From Camelus ferus (Eukaryota): DNA of 64,000 bases. Every line of letters begins with the position of its first letter. The first letter of the stretch is position 1. Below are positions 12,561-26,014 of this stretch, in pieces. The translations under genes and the position numbers were made by a program. The stretch is taken from NCBI RefSeq assembly GCF_009834535.1, contig NC_045696.1, forward strand, positions 80,850,001-80,914,000, given 5' to 3'. Below the pieces are notes generated by a model. The model was given only the letters and a program-made list of their open reading frames with translations. It did not search any database and was not told the origin of the DNA.

Positions 12561-14522
12561 TATCTTCATTCTGTAGGTGAGGAGACCAAGCTTAAGGGAG
12601 CTGGGGGACTTGTGACAGGCTGTAGAAGGAAGAGCCGGATTCAGGCCCAAGTCTGCCGACTGCAGCTCCCACCGTTCTTGCTGCTCCCTGTAAGGCACAC
12701 TGAAGTAAGGTAGGTTCATCCCAAATCCCCAGGGCTTTTGCACAAGACAGCTGCCAATGCAGGCCATTCCAGCCTGTACTTGTGAGTGTGTTTAAACCTA
12801 AATGCAGACGTCTGCATTTGTTCCTGGCAGTGACCTACTTTCTGGGTGTCCCTTTCTCCAAGTTTGTCGAGCATGGTTACCATATCAAAGGGTATAAGTC
12901 TCTTGTGACTGTACAAACATATTGCTAAATTATGTCTGGAAGTGGTGTCTTCATTAACAATGCCACCAGCATTGAGGCCGATTTAGCACAACTGTGGCTG
13001 GTTTTTAATACAGACCATTAGTAGCGTTGGGCATTGGGTCCATTGTGAGAAACTCCAGTATATTTGATTCTCTCCTGGGACTCCTCAGGCCCCCGAGTCC
13101 CCCATCATAGTCTGACTCAGGCCTGTGTGTTCCCCCTTCAGTGCTTGTTTGTGGTTAATATGTGCCTCCCTGTTTCTGTGGCCTCTGGCCTCAACTCTGA
13201 GTCAGAATCCTTGGGGGCCTCAACTGCCCTAAACTTTGCTCGGCTTCCTGCTTGCCCCTTACTTTGAGCATGCCCAAGTCTTCCTTTTCCTTTATTGTAA
13301 AACCCTGGGCTATTTGGTGAAAATCTTTGAATCCAGAGGACGATTCATGACTGTAATGTAGTAAATGGGTTGGAAATTAAAAGCAGTTCTTTTTTTATGA
13401 TCCATTGTGGTGAAAGCAAACCCTTCTAGGAGATATCTGGATGATTAATTAGCAAGAAATCCATTCTCATTGTTCTACTTCTCCCTAGATGGAGGCAGGA
13501 AGGAAGTGGAAAGTGCCAGGAATATACAGTTGAGGGCTGTAAGGAGAAGAACCTGCCTAGTAGATTTCAAATGACCAAAAGGATAGAACTGAAGTGGAGA
13601 ATGAATTTCCACCTACATGCAATGCATTGTTTTAGCTCTGAAAAGTATAGAATTGTGACTAGGAAATAAATGTGTTTTATTTTTTATTTTAAAAGTGGGA
13701 ATAAAGAAAAAAGTCAGCTCTACACCTCATCTCCTACTAAGACAACTTTTAGTCATGTGCATGGCTTTTATGTGTGGGGTTATTGACTTTTTAGAACTCT
13801 TTTTAAACAGGTAAGAAATAGTGAGGGAAAGCTAACTCCTTCAGATGGTTCTTGAGATTCTGACTCCAAGGCCAACATAACTCACATCTCTTGTGAGAGG
13901 ACGGTTACTGTCCTGTACTTCTTGGCTAAAAATATGGACGACTTTCTGTCTAAAAATGTAGGTGTGTCATTTAAAAAGGAAACCATAACACATTGAAATA
14001 GCTCCAATTTAAATCAAGTTTAAACTCAAATTTATGTTGACTCACGTGTGTATTGTGCTCAAAAAATGTGTCAGTATTCAAAAGGATAAAAAGCTCCCTT
14101 GTTAAGAGGTGACTCCTAGGCTGTGAACGAAGGTGGTAGTATCATACGAATCTTAAGTTTCATCAGTCCGCAGCACAGCTCAACTCTTTGCCTGATGAGC
14201 GATTTAGTATTTGCTAAAGACTTAATGTATTTTTATTTGCTGTATGATACATGGTTCTAAAGACACAGGTTTGGGGATTTTAGAAGGGTGTGGAACTGTA
14301 GACACACTCCCTGCAGATTCAGCTGTTACCTCTATCATCAATTCCCTGGGCTTTAAGGTTCTTTATAAATATTTGTGTGTTGTTATGTAGGTGAATTGCA
14401 GTCCTGACACAGCCGTAGCAAGCTGGCTTTGTTCTCACCGACTATAACATTTCTGTTGTGTGTTCCTTCTCAGACCTTCTTTCCTCCTGTCGTAAAGAGC
14501 GTCATTTTGGAGCTAGTCTAAA

Positions 14523-14679
14523 CCAGTGCCTTTCCAACTGAGGTCCCTATGAATCACCTGGGTATCTCGTTAAAGTGCAGATTCTGTTTCTGGACTATGA
14601 CCAAGAGTCTACATTTCCAAGTTTCAAGGTGATGCCTATCTATGTTCCAGGTCCCTGGACCACATTTTGAATAACAAGG
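14523..14679. mobile_element. MER5A-like hAT-Charlie element
   Basis: gaatcacctgggtatctcgttaaagtgcagattctg...ggtgatgcct...ggaccacattttgaataacaagg. Confidence 0.7.
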
Positions 14680-14879
14680 ATCCCAAGGTTTTTATTGCCA
14701 GTGCTCCCAGGAAGACAGGTGGTGGGAAAAAGCAAGCAATAAAACCAACGTTAAGTTGGAGGAGCCTCATATGTTCATTGAGGACTGATTATTTTGGCCG
14801 GTGCCCCGTTGTGCTCAGAGGGGCAGCAGGCTCAAGTTCACTTTGATTAAGAACCTTGGGCCATGCCGTCCTCTCTGCT

Positions 14880-15055
14880 ACTCAGCAGTTGAGTCACATG
14901 GGCACATTACTAATCTCTCTAAACCTCAGTTTCTGAATTTGTGACGTGCAGATAATACGAAAACCTACTTTGTAGGGTTATCATAAGTATTACATGATAT
15001 AATGCATATAAAGGACTTACTAAGTGCTTGGTAAATGTTAGCTATTAGTAGTAAT
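14880..15055 (+). mobile_element. MIR SINE
   Basis: aatctctctaaacctcagtttctgaatttgtg...acctactttgtagggttatc...aatgcatataaagg...taaatgttagctatta. Confidence 0.75.
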
Positions 15056-15308
15056 AATTCAGAAAGCATTTATTGAACACCTACTGTGTGCTTGGCATGC
15101 AGGCATGTAAAAATTCAAAGGAAACTATAATTTCAAAAGAGATTGAATTGGTTTACCTGGGAGTCCTTGGAGTCGAGATTACATCTAAAATTTTGACTCC
15201 GAGACCAGTGCTCTTCCTGCCTAATTCTGTCCTTGGCTGTTTCTTCTGTTGGAAAGTCACAGTAAAGAAAACTTGGTTTCAGACGACTTTAATTAAGTGA
15301 AACCCATC

Positions 15309-15319
15309 TGCTGAGTCAC
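15309..15319 (-). promoter_or_regulatory. Consensus ARE/NF-E2 motif (GTGACTCAGCA on the - strand) within an AP-1 motif cluster
   Basis: tgctgagtcac matches RTGACnnnGC and contains TGAGTCA; motif match only, function untested. Confidence 0.35.
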
Positions 15320-16225
15320 TGTGGATTCAACATGTTCTAACTTAAAACCGAAAGTGAGTTACGTTTGGTTCCTTGGGTTTGAGCGAGGTAACTCCGAGGA
15401 TAGAAATTGAAGGATAGGTTTCTGTTTTGCTTTGTATCGGCTGAACTGTTTTGCTTGGTCAGCTGAAACTGCATAAGATCAAAGGATAGGCATAGTTAAT
15501 TTCCATTCCAGTGGATCATATTCTGAGCATACACCTGCCTTCTACTTTGGCATCTACCTTTTAAAGTGATTTAAAAAGAACTCTGTCTTTACATGAACTA
15601 ACTTGCTTTTCAAATAGAGTCTAAGAAAAACTTGTACCCTGCCTCCTTTCCAACGAGTACCAGGCACAAACACATGTGTGCCTATGAGGAGCTGAGTGTT
15701 TCTACCTGTCATCTATCTTTTGTACCTTCTTTCGAACCCTGTCTTGAAAAGGAAATGATCACTGACTCAGAATTTGCCTTTTCTTCATCTGATTGTTTCT
15801 CTAGCCATTGAGATTTACATGCTTTTTCTGAGCCCGTAATAGTTCTTTTTGTGATATATACTTTCGTAATTTCTTAAAAAGATACTAGTTTGACAGAAAC
15901 TCCCCAATGTGACTGTTGTGTTTGTGAAAACATAGTAACCTCAGTAAGCAGAGTCTTCCAATAGTGAAAAGTGGAATTAAAGCAATAGCCAGTGTGGGCG
16001 TTGACAGATTGCTTTCTGTAAGTGTTTTGACAATGCCTTTTCCCCTTGTCTTTTGGTTATAAGTAGCAGTTTGTCTATTTTCGTTACAAGAAATGTAAAA
16101 ATGATTTTTGCTGCTGGTTATTCCTCTATAGGATCAAGGAAGATTACCTGCTACTCTCTGAGTATTGTTTATGTTGATTGATCTGTACAACTCTGCTTAT
16201 TATTCGTATGTCTTGGCAGATTTTT

Positions 16226-16320
16226 TAATAAATAGCTTCATTGGGATATAATTCATAAACTGTAAATTTCACCCATTTAAAGTGTGCAATTCAAAAGTTT
16301 TTAGTATATTCAGAGTTGTC
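16226..16320 (-). mobile_element. Short old L1 3' end with diverged TSD
   Basis: agcttcattgggatataattcata...aatttcacccatttaaagtgtgcaattca; flanked by tgtcttggcagattttt (16209-16225) and tgtctttgtagattttt (16321-16337). Confidence 0.75.
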
Positions 16321-17089
16321 TGTCTTTGTAGATTTTTGCCAGTACATTTTTCTTTTCTCTTTCTACTGTGTATGCCCAACCCCTTCCATATTACCATTCC
16401 TCTAATGATATTGGTTACTGCTTATAGTTTGGGGGAAGATATAGGGACCCTGACAAGGAACTCTTAGAAACTGCCAACTTAAGGCACTTCCTGCTTACTT
16501 TGTGGCTTTTTGTTAACTTTGTATTAGTGCTGTTTTAGTGATGAGTTGATAATCTGTCAGCTATGCCCGCGCGTCATTAGGCCTGGCCTGTTTCTCATCA
16601 CTCCTTCTGTCCTCCCTTCCTTCAGCCCTCACCCTCCACACACGTCCAGTTTAGCTTGTTTACCTTAAATATTGCATTGTTTCTCAAATGTGGTGGCAGA
16701 ACTGAAGACTGATGGTTCCACGAAGGCATCACTTTCCACACCTGGGACTCATCTGGAAATCATTGTTCCCTGCAGTAACTCTGTAAGGAGAGCAGAGCCA
16801 GTGACTTAAGCCCAGTTTCTTTTTTTATTTGTGAAACCATTGTTGGTTAGCTGTAATTAAAAAAATGAAAGTAATGTTACTTATCCTACAAAATCCTATT
16901 TTTGGCAGCCCCAAATTATTGTTATAGAATGCTTTGTAGCTCCAGGGCTCCAGCATCAAGAGTGGGGAGTGAGGGACGATGGGTGGGGAATTCGAGATTA
17001 ATGCCTTAGTATCACCTGTCCTTAACTCTATGCCCAGCTACACTGCACCTCCCCCCCCCATTTCCGCAAACCTGCCATAGTTATCAAGA

Positions 17090-18120
17090 TATTTAGACTT
17101 TGGCAGGATTTACTGATTGATTGGATATAGAGAGTCAGGGAAAAGAATTGCTGAGGCTGAGTTCCAGGATGCAGTTCATGCAGCTGGGTAGGTGATGTTC
17201 TCAATTCATTCAGGATAGAAACTTAGGAATGGGAAATGTTTGGGGATTTGGAAGATGGTAAAGTCTATTTTAAGCATATTAAGTTCACCCAGTGGGGAAA
17301 TTCATAGGTGGTTGGGTATATAGATCTGAAGTTTAGGAAGTAGAACAAGGCTGGAAACAGTTACCGGGAGTGGTGACTGGGAATACAGAGATGGCCCCAG
17401 TCCTCCAGGGGAGACAGAGGGCAAGTGGAAAGGAATGTACCCAACAGCGGTATCACCTGGGAACCATAGAAACACCCAGGAAGGGAAACATCAACCTGTC
17501 CTGTAACCATCAGAATGAATGAGATCACCCTGAGAGGTGTGAGAGGTGGTAGAGTGGGAAAGAAAGATCCTAGGACCCTGAAGAATACTAGCATGTAAGA
17601 GCTGAGCAGAACAGCCTCAAAAAAATTCCATCTCAGTGGCCAGAGAGAGAGGAGGAAAGCTAGAAGAACATGGGAATGTCAAAGCCAAGAGAAGAGACTC
17701 TGATGAAGAAGGGAGTCAAGGGTTAAGCAACAGAAGGGTTAAGTGAGATAAGAAGGGGAGGAGCCCTTTGGATTGCACAATATGCAGGTGGTTATAAACT
17801 TCGGTGAAAGCCGGTTGAGTGTGGAGGTGGGAGCCAGTTACAGTGGGTTGAAGACTGAGGGAAGAGTGATGAAATATGAGGAGCACGTAGACAACTTTCT
17901 TAAGAAGTTGACCTTGAGAAGGGGGTGAGAGAGATAGCACAGGGTATGCCTGGCTGAGGTTGGGTTCCATAGACACCAGTCCATGCAGTTGGATGCTTTT
18001 TCTGCACCCATGTTTAGAAACCCTGGGGTAGGGGCCAAGGAGGCAGATAGTTGGATTGGCCTGGGTTAGGTTTTTCCAGAAGACCATAACAGGACAGTGG
18101 GACAAGTGAGCAGAGGTTTC
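17090..18120 (-). mobile_element. L2 LINE fragment(s)
   Basis: Purine-rich degenerate L2-like text: ggatttactgattgattggatata..., atgagatcaccctgagagg..., cagtgggttgaagactgagggaagag...gtagacaactttcttaagaagttg. Confidence 0.6.
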
Positions 18121-18904
18121 CAGTGAGAGAGGAGTCAAAGTGATGGATCTTGTGCTCTCGGCTGCATGAACAAGGCTGTGAGGCCTCGAAGGGGCAGAGG
18201 GAGTGTTAACAGCTTGTGGGAGTATTGCTAAGTATCAAGGATATTCTTGGATAAAAGTTGCCTTCCCTGCTGTCCCACCAGATAGAATGAGGATTTCCTG
18301 ACTATGACAAAGAGTGTATCACAGGGCAGATCTCTAGCCATTTCATCACGAGCCCTAAATCTGAGATGTTTTGAGGTTTGGTGAAAGGATATGATGCTTA
18401 AATCATTTATGTTCATTCACTCCCACCGAAGGGAGATGGAAGTGTTATCTCTGTTACTCTGGCTGTTTTATTTCCTTTTCTAGATTTACTTCTTCGGCTA
18501 AAATTAAGCAGAATTCATTCCTGCTCCTTCTAGTAAGTAGTTTGGTTAGGCACAAGGCAAGCACGCTCGTTTTCAGAAATCGGGTTTCGATGTGGAAAGT
18601 TTACAGTCTTGTGTACAAGAATCTGAATATGAAGATGGTTGCTCATAGGGAAGGGAGAAAGTGGAGAATAGAAGTTCAGGCGTCATAATTTGACTCTCAG
18701 ACCTACCACTTACACAGTATGACCCTCACTTAATGATCAGACCTCTTAATCATTTTGGATCATTTCTTCTTCAGCTGAAAAGAGGGTTAAAAATAATACC
18801 ATTTGCCCTGAAGGGTTAGGAAAGTCAAATAAGATGTATGTGTGAAAAATGCTTTGTAATCTGCACGTGTTGTTCTCTGTTTTGCCCGTACAAAGAGCTA
18901 TTCT

Positions 18905-19340
18905 GAATGTTATTCATATTATTCATTCCTCGTTTGGTCCACAAACAGTTACTGAGAGCCCAGTAGACACTAGGAAGTGAGAATCTTGAGATGGCCTCTC
19001 TCTTCAGAGAACTGAGAGTCTTCTAGAGGAGGCAGGGGTCAAGTGGGAAAGAATGTTGTCAGTGGACTCACCTAGATGCTGTAGAAGCACCGAGAAAAGG
19101 CATATAAATCAGCCTGTGAAGTCAGGGGAGGCTTCCCGGAGGAGGTGGCACCAGGGGGCAGTTCAGAATGAATGACAGGAGTTAATAAAGCAAAGAAGGA
19201 AATTGGAGGAAGGCAAAGCCACTGAGGGAGCTGCCTGTTGGAAGGCTGAGCATTTGGAGAGCATGGAGCACATTTGGTTCCGTCCAGCTGAGTGGGGAAA
19301 CATAAATCCTTCAAAAGCTTGACTAGTCACAGCAAGAGAG
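18905..19340 (-). mobile_element. L2 LINE 3' part
   Basis: attcattcctcgtttggtccacaaacagttactgagagcc...gtcaggggaggcttcccggaggaggtggca. Confidence 0.6.
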
Positions 19341-20370
19341 AAGTGAGAAGTTGAGGGGAACATACATGTAATTGAGATGCTTGAGACTGTTTTAAGTGGT
19401 AACAGGAAAAACCCATGGGAGCAAGGGAGGTTAATAAGGGGCTTGATTAATGGAGCGTTGGAAAGAAGAACAGGTGGGTGGGAGGAGAATTGGGACGAGG
19501 GTCGCTCTTCTGGGCTTTTGTTGGGGGAGGAGGCAAAATACATAGGGTGAGGCAGGAGTAATGAGAGTGCTCCTCCCCTCTTTTCACAGTCAGGTAAATT
19601 ATGTGAGATCATTTTGTGTCCCCAGCGCCTGGCATGGGGCTCAGCACACTGGCTGCTCAGTAAGTACCCGCTAATGAGTCACATCATCCCCAGCTGCCTG
19701 AGAAACCCGCACAGAGCACGCCTAGAAAGCTAGGTGGCCAGTCTGGCTGGCACACACTGCCTCTCTCTAGTTCACCAAACTCTGGCAGCCTGTCTGTCTT
19801 TCAGTCTGCTATTTCTTGTTAACGCTGAGGCTATCCATGTGCTTCTGGCCCCCAGGGATGTCACAGAGTCAGGTGTCAGTAGACTAGCTCTGTTTCTTAG
19901 TGACACTCATGGGAGCAGCAGTGTCTTGAGTGAGGATTAAACCAGCTCTTTCCCAGCGAGGCTGGCAGCCAGTCCACACCTACTGATCAGGATCCGCCTG
20001 CCGCTGAGACAATAGCGGTTTAGCCAGCCCGTCCGGTCGTACTCCTTACACATTTTGTCTTGGTTCAGAGCTACATTACCTGGAAAGACTCTGCCCCTGA
20101 AACAGACTTGTGGGAGCACGCAGGACGTGAAAGAGGCCTGAGTTCCAATTTCACTCTGCTCTCTCTGTGTGACCCTGGGCTCTGTCTTCTCAGTGCATGG
20201 AAGGAGGTGGAACCAAATGATTACCTAGATCCTCATGTGTACTGGATGTCACTGACCTGGATTCATCAGACTAAAGATTGTATCCTCAATTCTTACCCAG
20301 TGTCTGCCAGCAAGTACGTGCGTCATACAGGGTTATTGAATTGGGTTGCGTTAGCTTCTGTTTTTGGTCA

Positions 20371-20372
<2 letters not shown>

Positions 20373-20450
<78 letters not shown>
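20373..20450 (+). repeat. Perfect (CA)39 microsatellite
   Basis: Uninterrupted CA run, 78 bp. Confidence 0.97.
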
Positions 20451-20455
<5 letters not shown>

Positions 20456-20954
20456 AATTAGTGCCCATTGATGGTGCAATTCACTTTCTTCTTTTAATTC
20501 ATTTCTTTTCATCAGATGCTAAAGAAATGAGACAGACCAGACTTGATTCCTTTCAGAGATGGCAAGGAGCTTAAAAGCCCCCAAAGTGCAGAGGTCAGAA
20601 TTAGGGGGCCGAATCCAGGCCCAGAGGGGCATGAGGGCTGTGGTCACATAGAGAGGCTAGCCATGGGGCTGTGACGGGAGAGACTGGACACAAGTTCAGT
20701 ACATTGTCATTCTGGGCTCCCAAGGAGCTCACAGTTCAGTAAGAGCGAAAGTGATGCAATCAGATAACCTCGCTTCAGGAAAAAAAATCCTGGATTTGTA
20801 ATATGGAGACCAAAGGAATGATAAATACACTGAGTCTTCTAATTCTCACAGTTTGAGTTTGAGTAAACATGTCTGTCCCTAGGTTTCATGTTTTTACTTC
20901 ACTTGGCCACACTATCAGTACTTAATGATTAACATACCTTTCTTATTAATGACA

Positions 20955-21190
20955 CTAATAGTAACAGTAATATTTATAATATTGACTATGTAGTAAGTTG
21001 TTACTTTGTGTCAGGTACTGGGTTAACTACCTTATATGCAATATTCTACCATCCTATTAGGTAAGATTAGCTCTGTTTTACAGCTGAGAAAACTGAGGCT
21101 CAGAGAGAAGTAATAGAAGTAAAGCAAGAGGTTACTAGTTACAAGACAACTAAGTGGCAGAGCCAGGATTAAGAGCCCATGTTCTTAACC
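20955..21190 (-). mobile_element. MIR SINE
   Basis: tactttgtgtcaggtactgg...tgttttacagctgagaaaactgaggctcagagaga...aagtggcagagccaggatt. Confidence 0.8.
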
Positions 21191-22913
21191 CAGGTGGGCA
21201 CTCAGGGTCTGTATATTGGCTGCAGATAAGCCAAAAGAGTGAGTAAGGATAGATTGGAGGCTGAAGATGGGGATCTTGTGACAGGATATACCCAGTGGAT
21301 TCAAAGCTCTCACCTAACTTTCAATTGATTAGCACTTTTTACTCAGCAAAAAGTTGTGAGTGCTTCCTACATACATCTGCGAGGATGACACAGCTTCCTG
21401 TCCCCGAGCATTTACAATATCACAGAAGAGATAAGGCATGCCTTAAACCTCTGAGATGCAAGGGTCATCAAAGACTGAGAAACCCAGTGGTAGGAAACTT
21501 AGTCAAGGGAGTTGCTACCTCTATCTTCCAAGGATGGGTGGGGAGAGCCAAGAGACTTTTAGTAAAATGCAGTGTGGAAGGTCTCATCAGGCAGAGGAGT
21601 GGAGGAGGGGAGTATTTAAATGACAGAAGAAGATGCATGGGTGGGGGAAGGACCAAGGCCAAAGGTATAGCTTAGTGCATGATTATAACTCAAACACCCT
21701 TGTGACCACTACTCAAGTCAACAAACAGACCTGTGCCAGGCACGCCAGAAGCCAGTTCCAGATGCCCCATCTCAGTGCCAACCCCCTGATCTCCAAAGCA
21801 ATCACTACCCTTGTGTTTCTTCATTGTTTCATCACCTGAGCGTCATCCCTAGACAGTCAAGTTTAATCATGACTGCTTTATCATTTTCCTATTTGATATG
21901 AATTTTGAGCCACTTTTAACCTGCAGTATCTCTTGTATCCTCTTCCTTGTAAGTTTTCTGTTGAAGAACCCCGGCTCTTTGACTTGCAGAGTAGCCCGCA
22001 ATCTGGCTTTGCTGATTGCATCCTCATGGTACAGCTTAGCGTTTCCCTCTGCCCTCTGCGTTTCCTGTAAATCTGCAGTTGGGTCCAGAGGACTGATTAG
22101 ATGAAGGCTTAATCCCTAGGACCTGTCTGACCAGACAGGAGTGAATGAATGGAGCTGGATGGAGTAGAAGGCTGGGCTGTAAAGGCATTTTGAGGCCAGA
22201 TCAGAAAGTGCCTTGAATGCTTATAATAGTGAGCTTGAACTGTGGCTTGTGTCTGTGTAGGTGACAGGGGGTGAGGAGACTTGAGGGGCCCAACTTTGTA
22301 TGTTTTTGAGTCAAGGAACAGCATCTTCACAGGTATCCTTTCCAGACGCATACCTATGTAGGAGTGACTATTGGTCATGGTGTTAAACGGGTGAACTAAT
22401 GAGTGTGAAATCTTGAAATAACATGCAGATGATTGGCTGTCATTTTCTGTAGTACTGTGATATATTACAAGGTTGCTAAGAATTTCCTATAGATGCTTTG
22501 TGAGTGAAACTATGTAATAAGGAATGGTAAGTTTATAATATACATACTTCTGTGAGTAGCATAATATTTGTTAGGATTAGGTTTAGGAAGAAACATATGG
22601 CTCTTAAATCAAGAAGTGTAAAAGGAACAAATCTAGGAAAGTTGTCTGTTGGAACAGAGGGAGATTTTACATATTCTGCTGAAGAAATCTGAAAATACTC
22701 TTTTTCCAAATGGCTTATTGAAAACTGCTACTACCAGTAGAATTTAAATAAGGCAATGGACTCAGTATTATTTCTTGGAGTCTTGAGGAACTCCTTGACT
22801 TCATTATTCATCTTGTTTTACTTTAAAAAACTAAGAAGGCCAGTTTATAATAAACAGCAGCTAACATGTGCATAGCACGACTTTAGCCCAGATTGTTATT
22901 TTTAGCATTTTCT

Positions 22914-23029
22914 TTTTTTTTTTAACATTTTTTATTGATTTATAATCATTTTACAATGTTGTGTCAAATTCCAGTGTAGAGCACAATTTTTCAGTTATAC
23001 ATGAACATATATATATTCATTGTCACATG
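22914..23029 (-). mobile_element. Severely 5'-truncated lineage-specific L1 (116 bp) inside a MIR
   Basis: Poly-T then ttacaatgttgtgtcaaattccagtgtagagcacaatttttcagttatacatgaac; perfect 15 bp TSD tttttagcattttct (22899-22913, 23030-23044). Confidence 0.9.
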
Positions 23030-23571
23030 TTTTTAGCATTTTCTATGTTGACTGATTTAACCCTCACAGCGGTTCAATGAAGTAGACATTACCACTCTCC
23101 CCATTTCATGGGTTGGGAAATTGAAGCACAGAAAGGATAAGTTACTCCTGTCAGTTTACACAGCTAATAAGTGGTGGAATGAAGATTCAAACTCGGGACT
23201 CTTCAGGCAGTCACACGACACCACTAAGCTGCCTGTCAGCTAGAATCCAGGTGTTAGCTGGGCCACGTTTCCCTAATAGGAAGTCTCCTCCATATCCGTT
23301 TTCAGTCTGAAATATCTATTCTCTGCCATTTCCCTGGCCGGGGAATGTTTGAGCCCCGGCCCACTGCACAGCACAGCCGCATGGCCGGGCCCTGGGCCTC
23401 GTTCTCTTGGAGCCTCCGTTTACTCACCTCTGCTGTGGAGATGACAGGAATACCTCCTTTCTAGGGTATGCTGAAGCTCATGTGAGATCAAGTCTAGGAG
23501 AATGTGTTAAAATGAGGAAAAGACTATATGTGAGTTACAATTTTAATAATTATTATTTGTACTTACATATA

Positions 23572-24213
23572 TTTTTAAATTATTTTTTATTGAAGTATAG
23601 TCAGTTAACAATATTGTATCTATTTCTAGTGTACAGTATAATGTTTTAGGCATACATATACATACATATATTCCTTTTTATATTCTTTTTCATTATAAAT
23701 TACTACAAGATATTGAATATAGTTCCCTGTGCTATACAGTAGAAACTTGTTGTTTATCTAGTTTATATGTAGTAGTTAGTATTTGAAAATCTGAAGCTTC
23801 CAGTTTATCCCTTCCCACCCCTTTTCCCCCTGGTAACCAAAAGTCTGTTTTTTATGTCTGTGAGTCTGTTTTCTGTTTTGTAAATAAGTTCATTTGTGTC
23901 TTTTTTTTTTTTTTTTTTTTTTGATTCCACATAGGAGTGATACATGGTATTTTTCTTTCTCTTTCTGGCTTACTTTACTTGGAATGACAATCTCCAGGTC
24001 ATTCCTTGTTGCTGCAAATGGCATTATTTTTTCTTTTTTATGGCTGAGTAGTATTCCATTGTAAAACTATATCACAGTTTCTTTATCCAGTCATCTGTTG
24101 ATGGACATTTAGGTTGTTTCTGTGTCTTGGCTGCTAGTGAATAGTGCTGCTTTGAACAGTGGGGTGCATGTATCTTTTCAAATTAGAGTTCCCTCCAGAT
24201 ACATGCCCAAGAG
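23572..24213 (-). mobile_element. L1 3' end/3'UTR (artiodactyl-type), followed by older L1M remnants to ~24560
   Basis: ttttattgaagtatagtcag...gattccacatagg...tatggctgagtagtattccattg...gttgatggacatttaggttg...agatacatgcccaagagt. Confidence 0.85.
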
Positions 24214-26014
24214 TTGCTTTCCAAAAGGTAATTTCAATCCACACTTCTACCAAGCAGTGAACGAGAAGTATTGGTATTACCTCACCAGTACATTTTAATT
24301 TCAGGCTTGCAAAAATTTTACTAATCCAATGGATTTGAAAAAGTATCTTATTGTTGTTTTAATATTATGTTCCTGATTACTGGAAAGGTTGAGAATATTA
24401 AAGGTTTACTGGAAATTCAAATTTCATCTTTTGTAAATTGCATATATATCTATATCTATATATTTTTTTACCCCAGGCATATTTTCTATTGGATTTTGGA
24501 TCTTCTTTTTCTGTTTATATAGGAGTTCTTTACATATTCTATGTATGTCTTCTCCAAGTCTAGGTTTGTCATTTATTTTTAAGCTGTTGTAATTGCTATT
24601 AGACCTCTTTCCTGGTTCTTTAGGTCAGTACAATTATGGATTTTCTGTCTGAGTTTTAGTTACCCCACTTGGCATGGACTGGGTGTGCCATTGGACAAAA
24701 ACAGCTCCATTCCTTTCTTCCAAATATTGATTTCTTTCCAGTTTCTGCTTACTTTTGGTTATTCTTCAGTCAGTTACTTTTTATACTTTGTCCAGAATTC
24801 ATAGTCATCTTCTGTGAGATAGCTGACCGAATGGGAGCTAGACCTCCATTACTGAAAGCTGGACGTTGTCATCCTGGATAATTTGTATATAAAGTTTCTA
24901 ATTTTGTAGTTTCCACAATTTCATGCAATTTCTTTCCAGAGCTACTGGGCATACTTCTAGTCTCTTTTAAACAGATAGTGCAGTTCTTTGAGGCTCTCTG
25001 TTTTCGTAGGAGTCTTACATCTAGGCCCCTGCCTCCCACAGTCCTGGGATCATGTCTTCTAACAGTCACATGGGGACAGAAAATAATCACAGACCCTTTA
25101 TCCATAATCAAAACCCTTTGGGTCCCTTCAGCTTCACTTCCAGTGTACCCATGTAATTTTAATTTGTTTCTTTACTTTTAGAACTGAAAGCTTTCCTTCA
25201 TTGTTGTGTTTGTTGCCGCTGCCTCTGTTTTTATCCTTGACTGAGTATTTTCTAAAAATGATTACAATTTATTCAGCAGTTCCATGTTTGTAGTGGGAAA
25301 TAGGCACCTTCATTAGCTTAATCCATTTTGTTTGCAGACACTTGTGACAGTGTTCTCTATAGTGGGAAACAGTCAGACCACCACCAGAATACAACTCTGG
25401 CTGCTCATTCCTATCCTCAAGAGGGAACAGAGTTCTGATATTGATATGTGGACTTTGGACAGAGGACTTGTAGCTCTTAAAATAGCTAAGGGCATAGAAG
25501 GAACTAACGTTATTTCGGCATCTACTATAGCTCAAGCTCTAAGCCACTCACTTTGTATAGTTTAATTCTTAAAATGCATTACTTTAATAGTATTACATCC
25601 ACTTTACGCATTAGGAAACTGAAATTTAAGTCAGAGCCATAAATAAATTGTTTCAGCATAAGGAGAATCAGAAAGCTGTTTGACTCAAAAATCACATACC
25701 TGCCATGGTACTCTGCTGCCTCAATAAACATTTTTTTGTAACTATATGGATTATATAAAAAATTGAGACTTTGCTATGTTTACCAGCAGTAAAGACAAAA
25801 TTTGAGAGCTTATGAGCACTGGAGAAGATCTGGAGGAGTTTGCACATGTGTGTTTGCCAGCTTCATTCTTTTCATAGGTGAAATTCATGGGTTATCACTG
25901 AAAATGCTTTCTGTGCTGCCTCAGCTCACACTAATGGAGGTTGTTTGCCAGTTCCTTTGGAAGGAAGTGAAAAAAAAAGGAATCATAGAGTTTTAAACAG
26001 CTGGAAAGAATTTT

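Noticed and set aside
20060..20574. ORFs with HTHTHT / CVCVCV runs
   Set aside because: Translation of the (CA)39 microsatellite.
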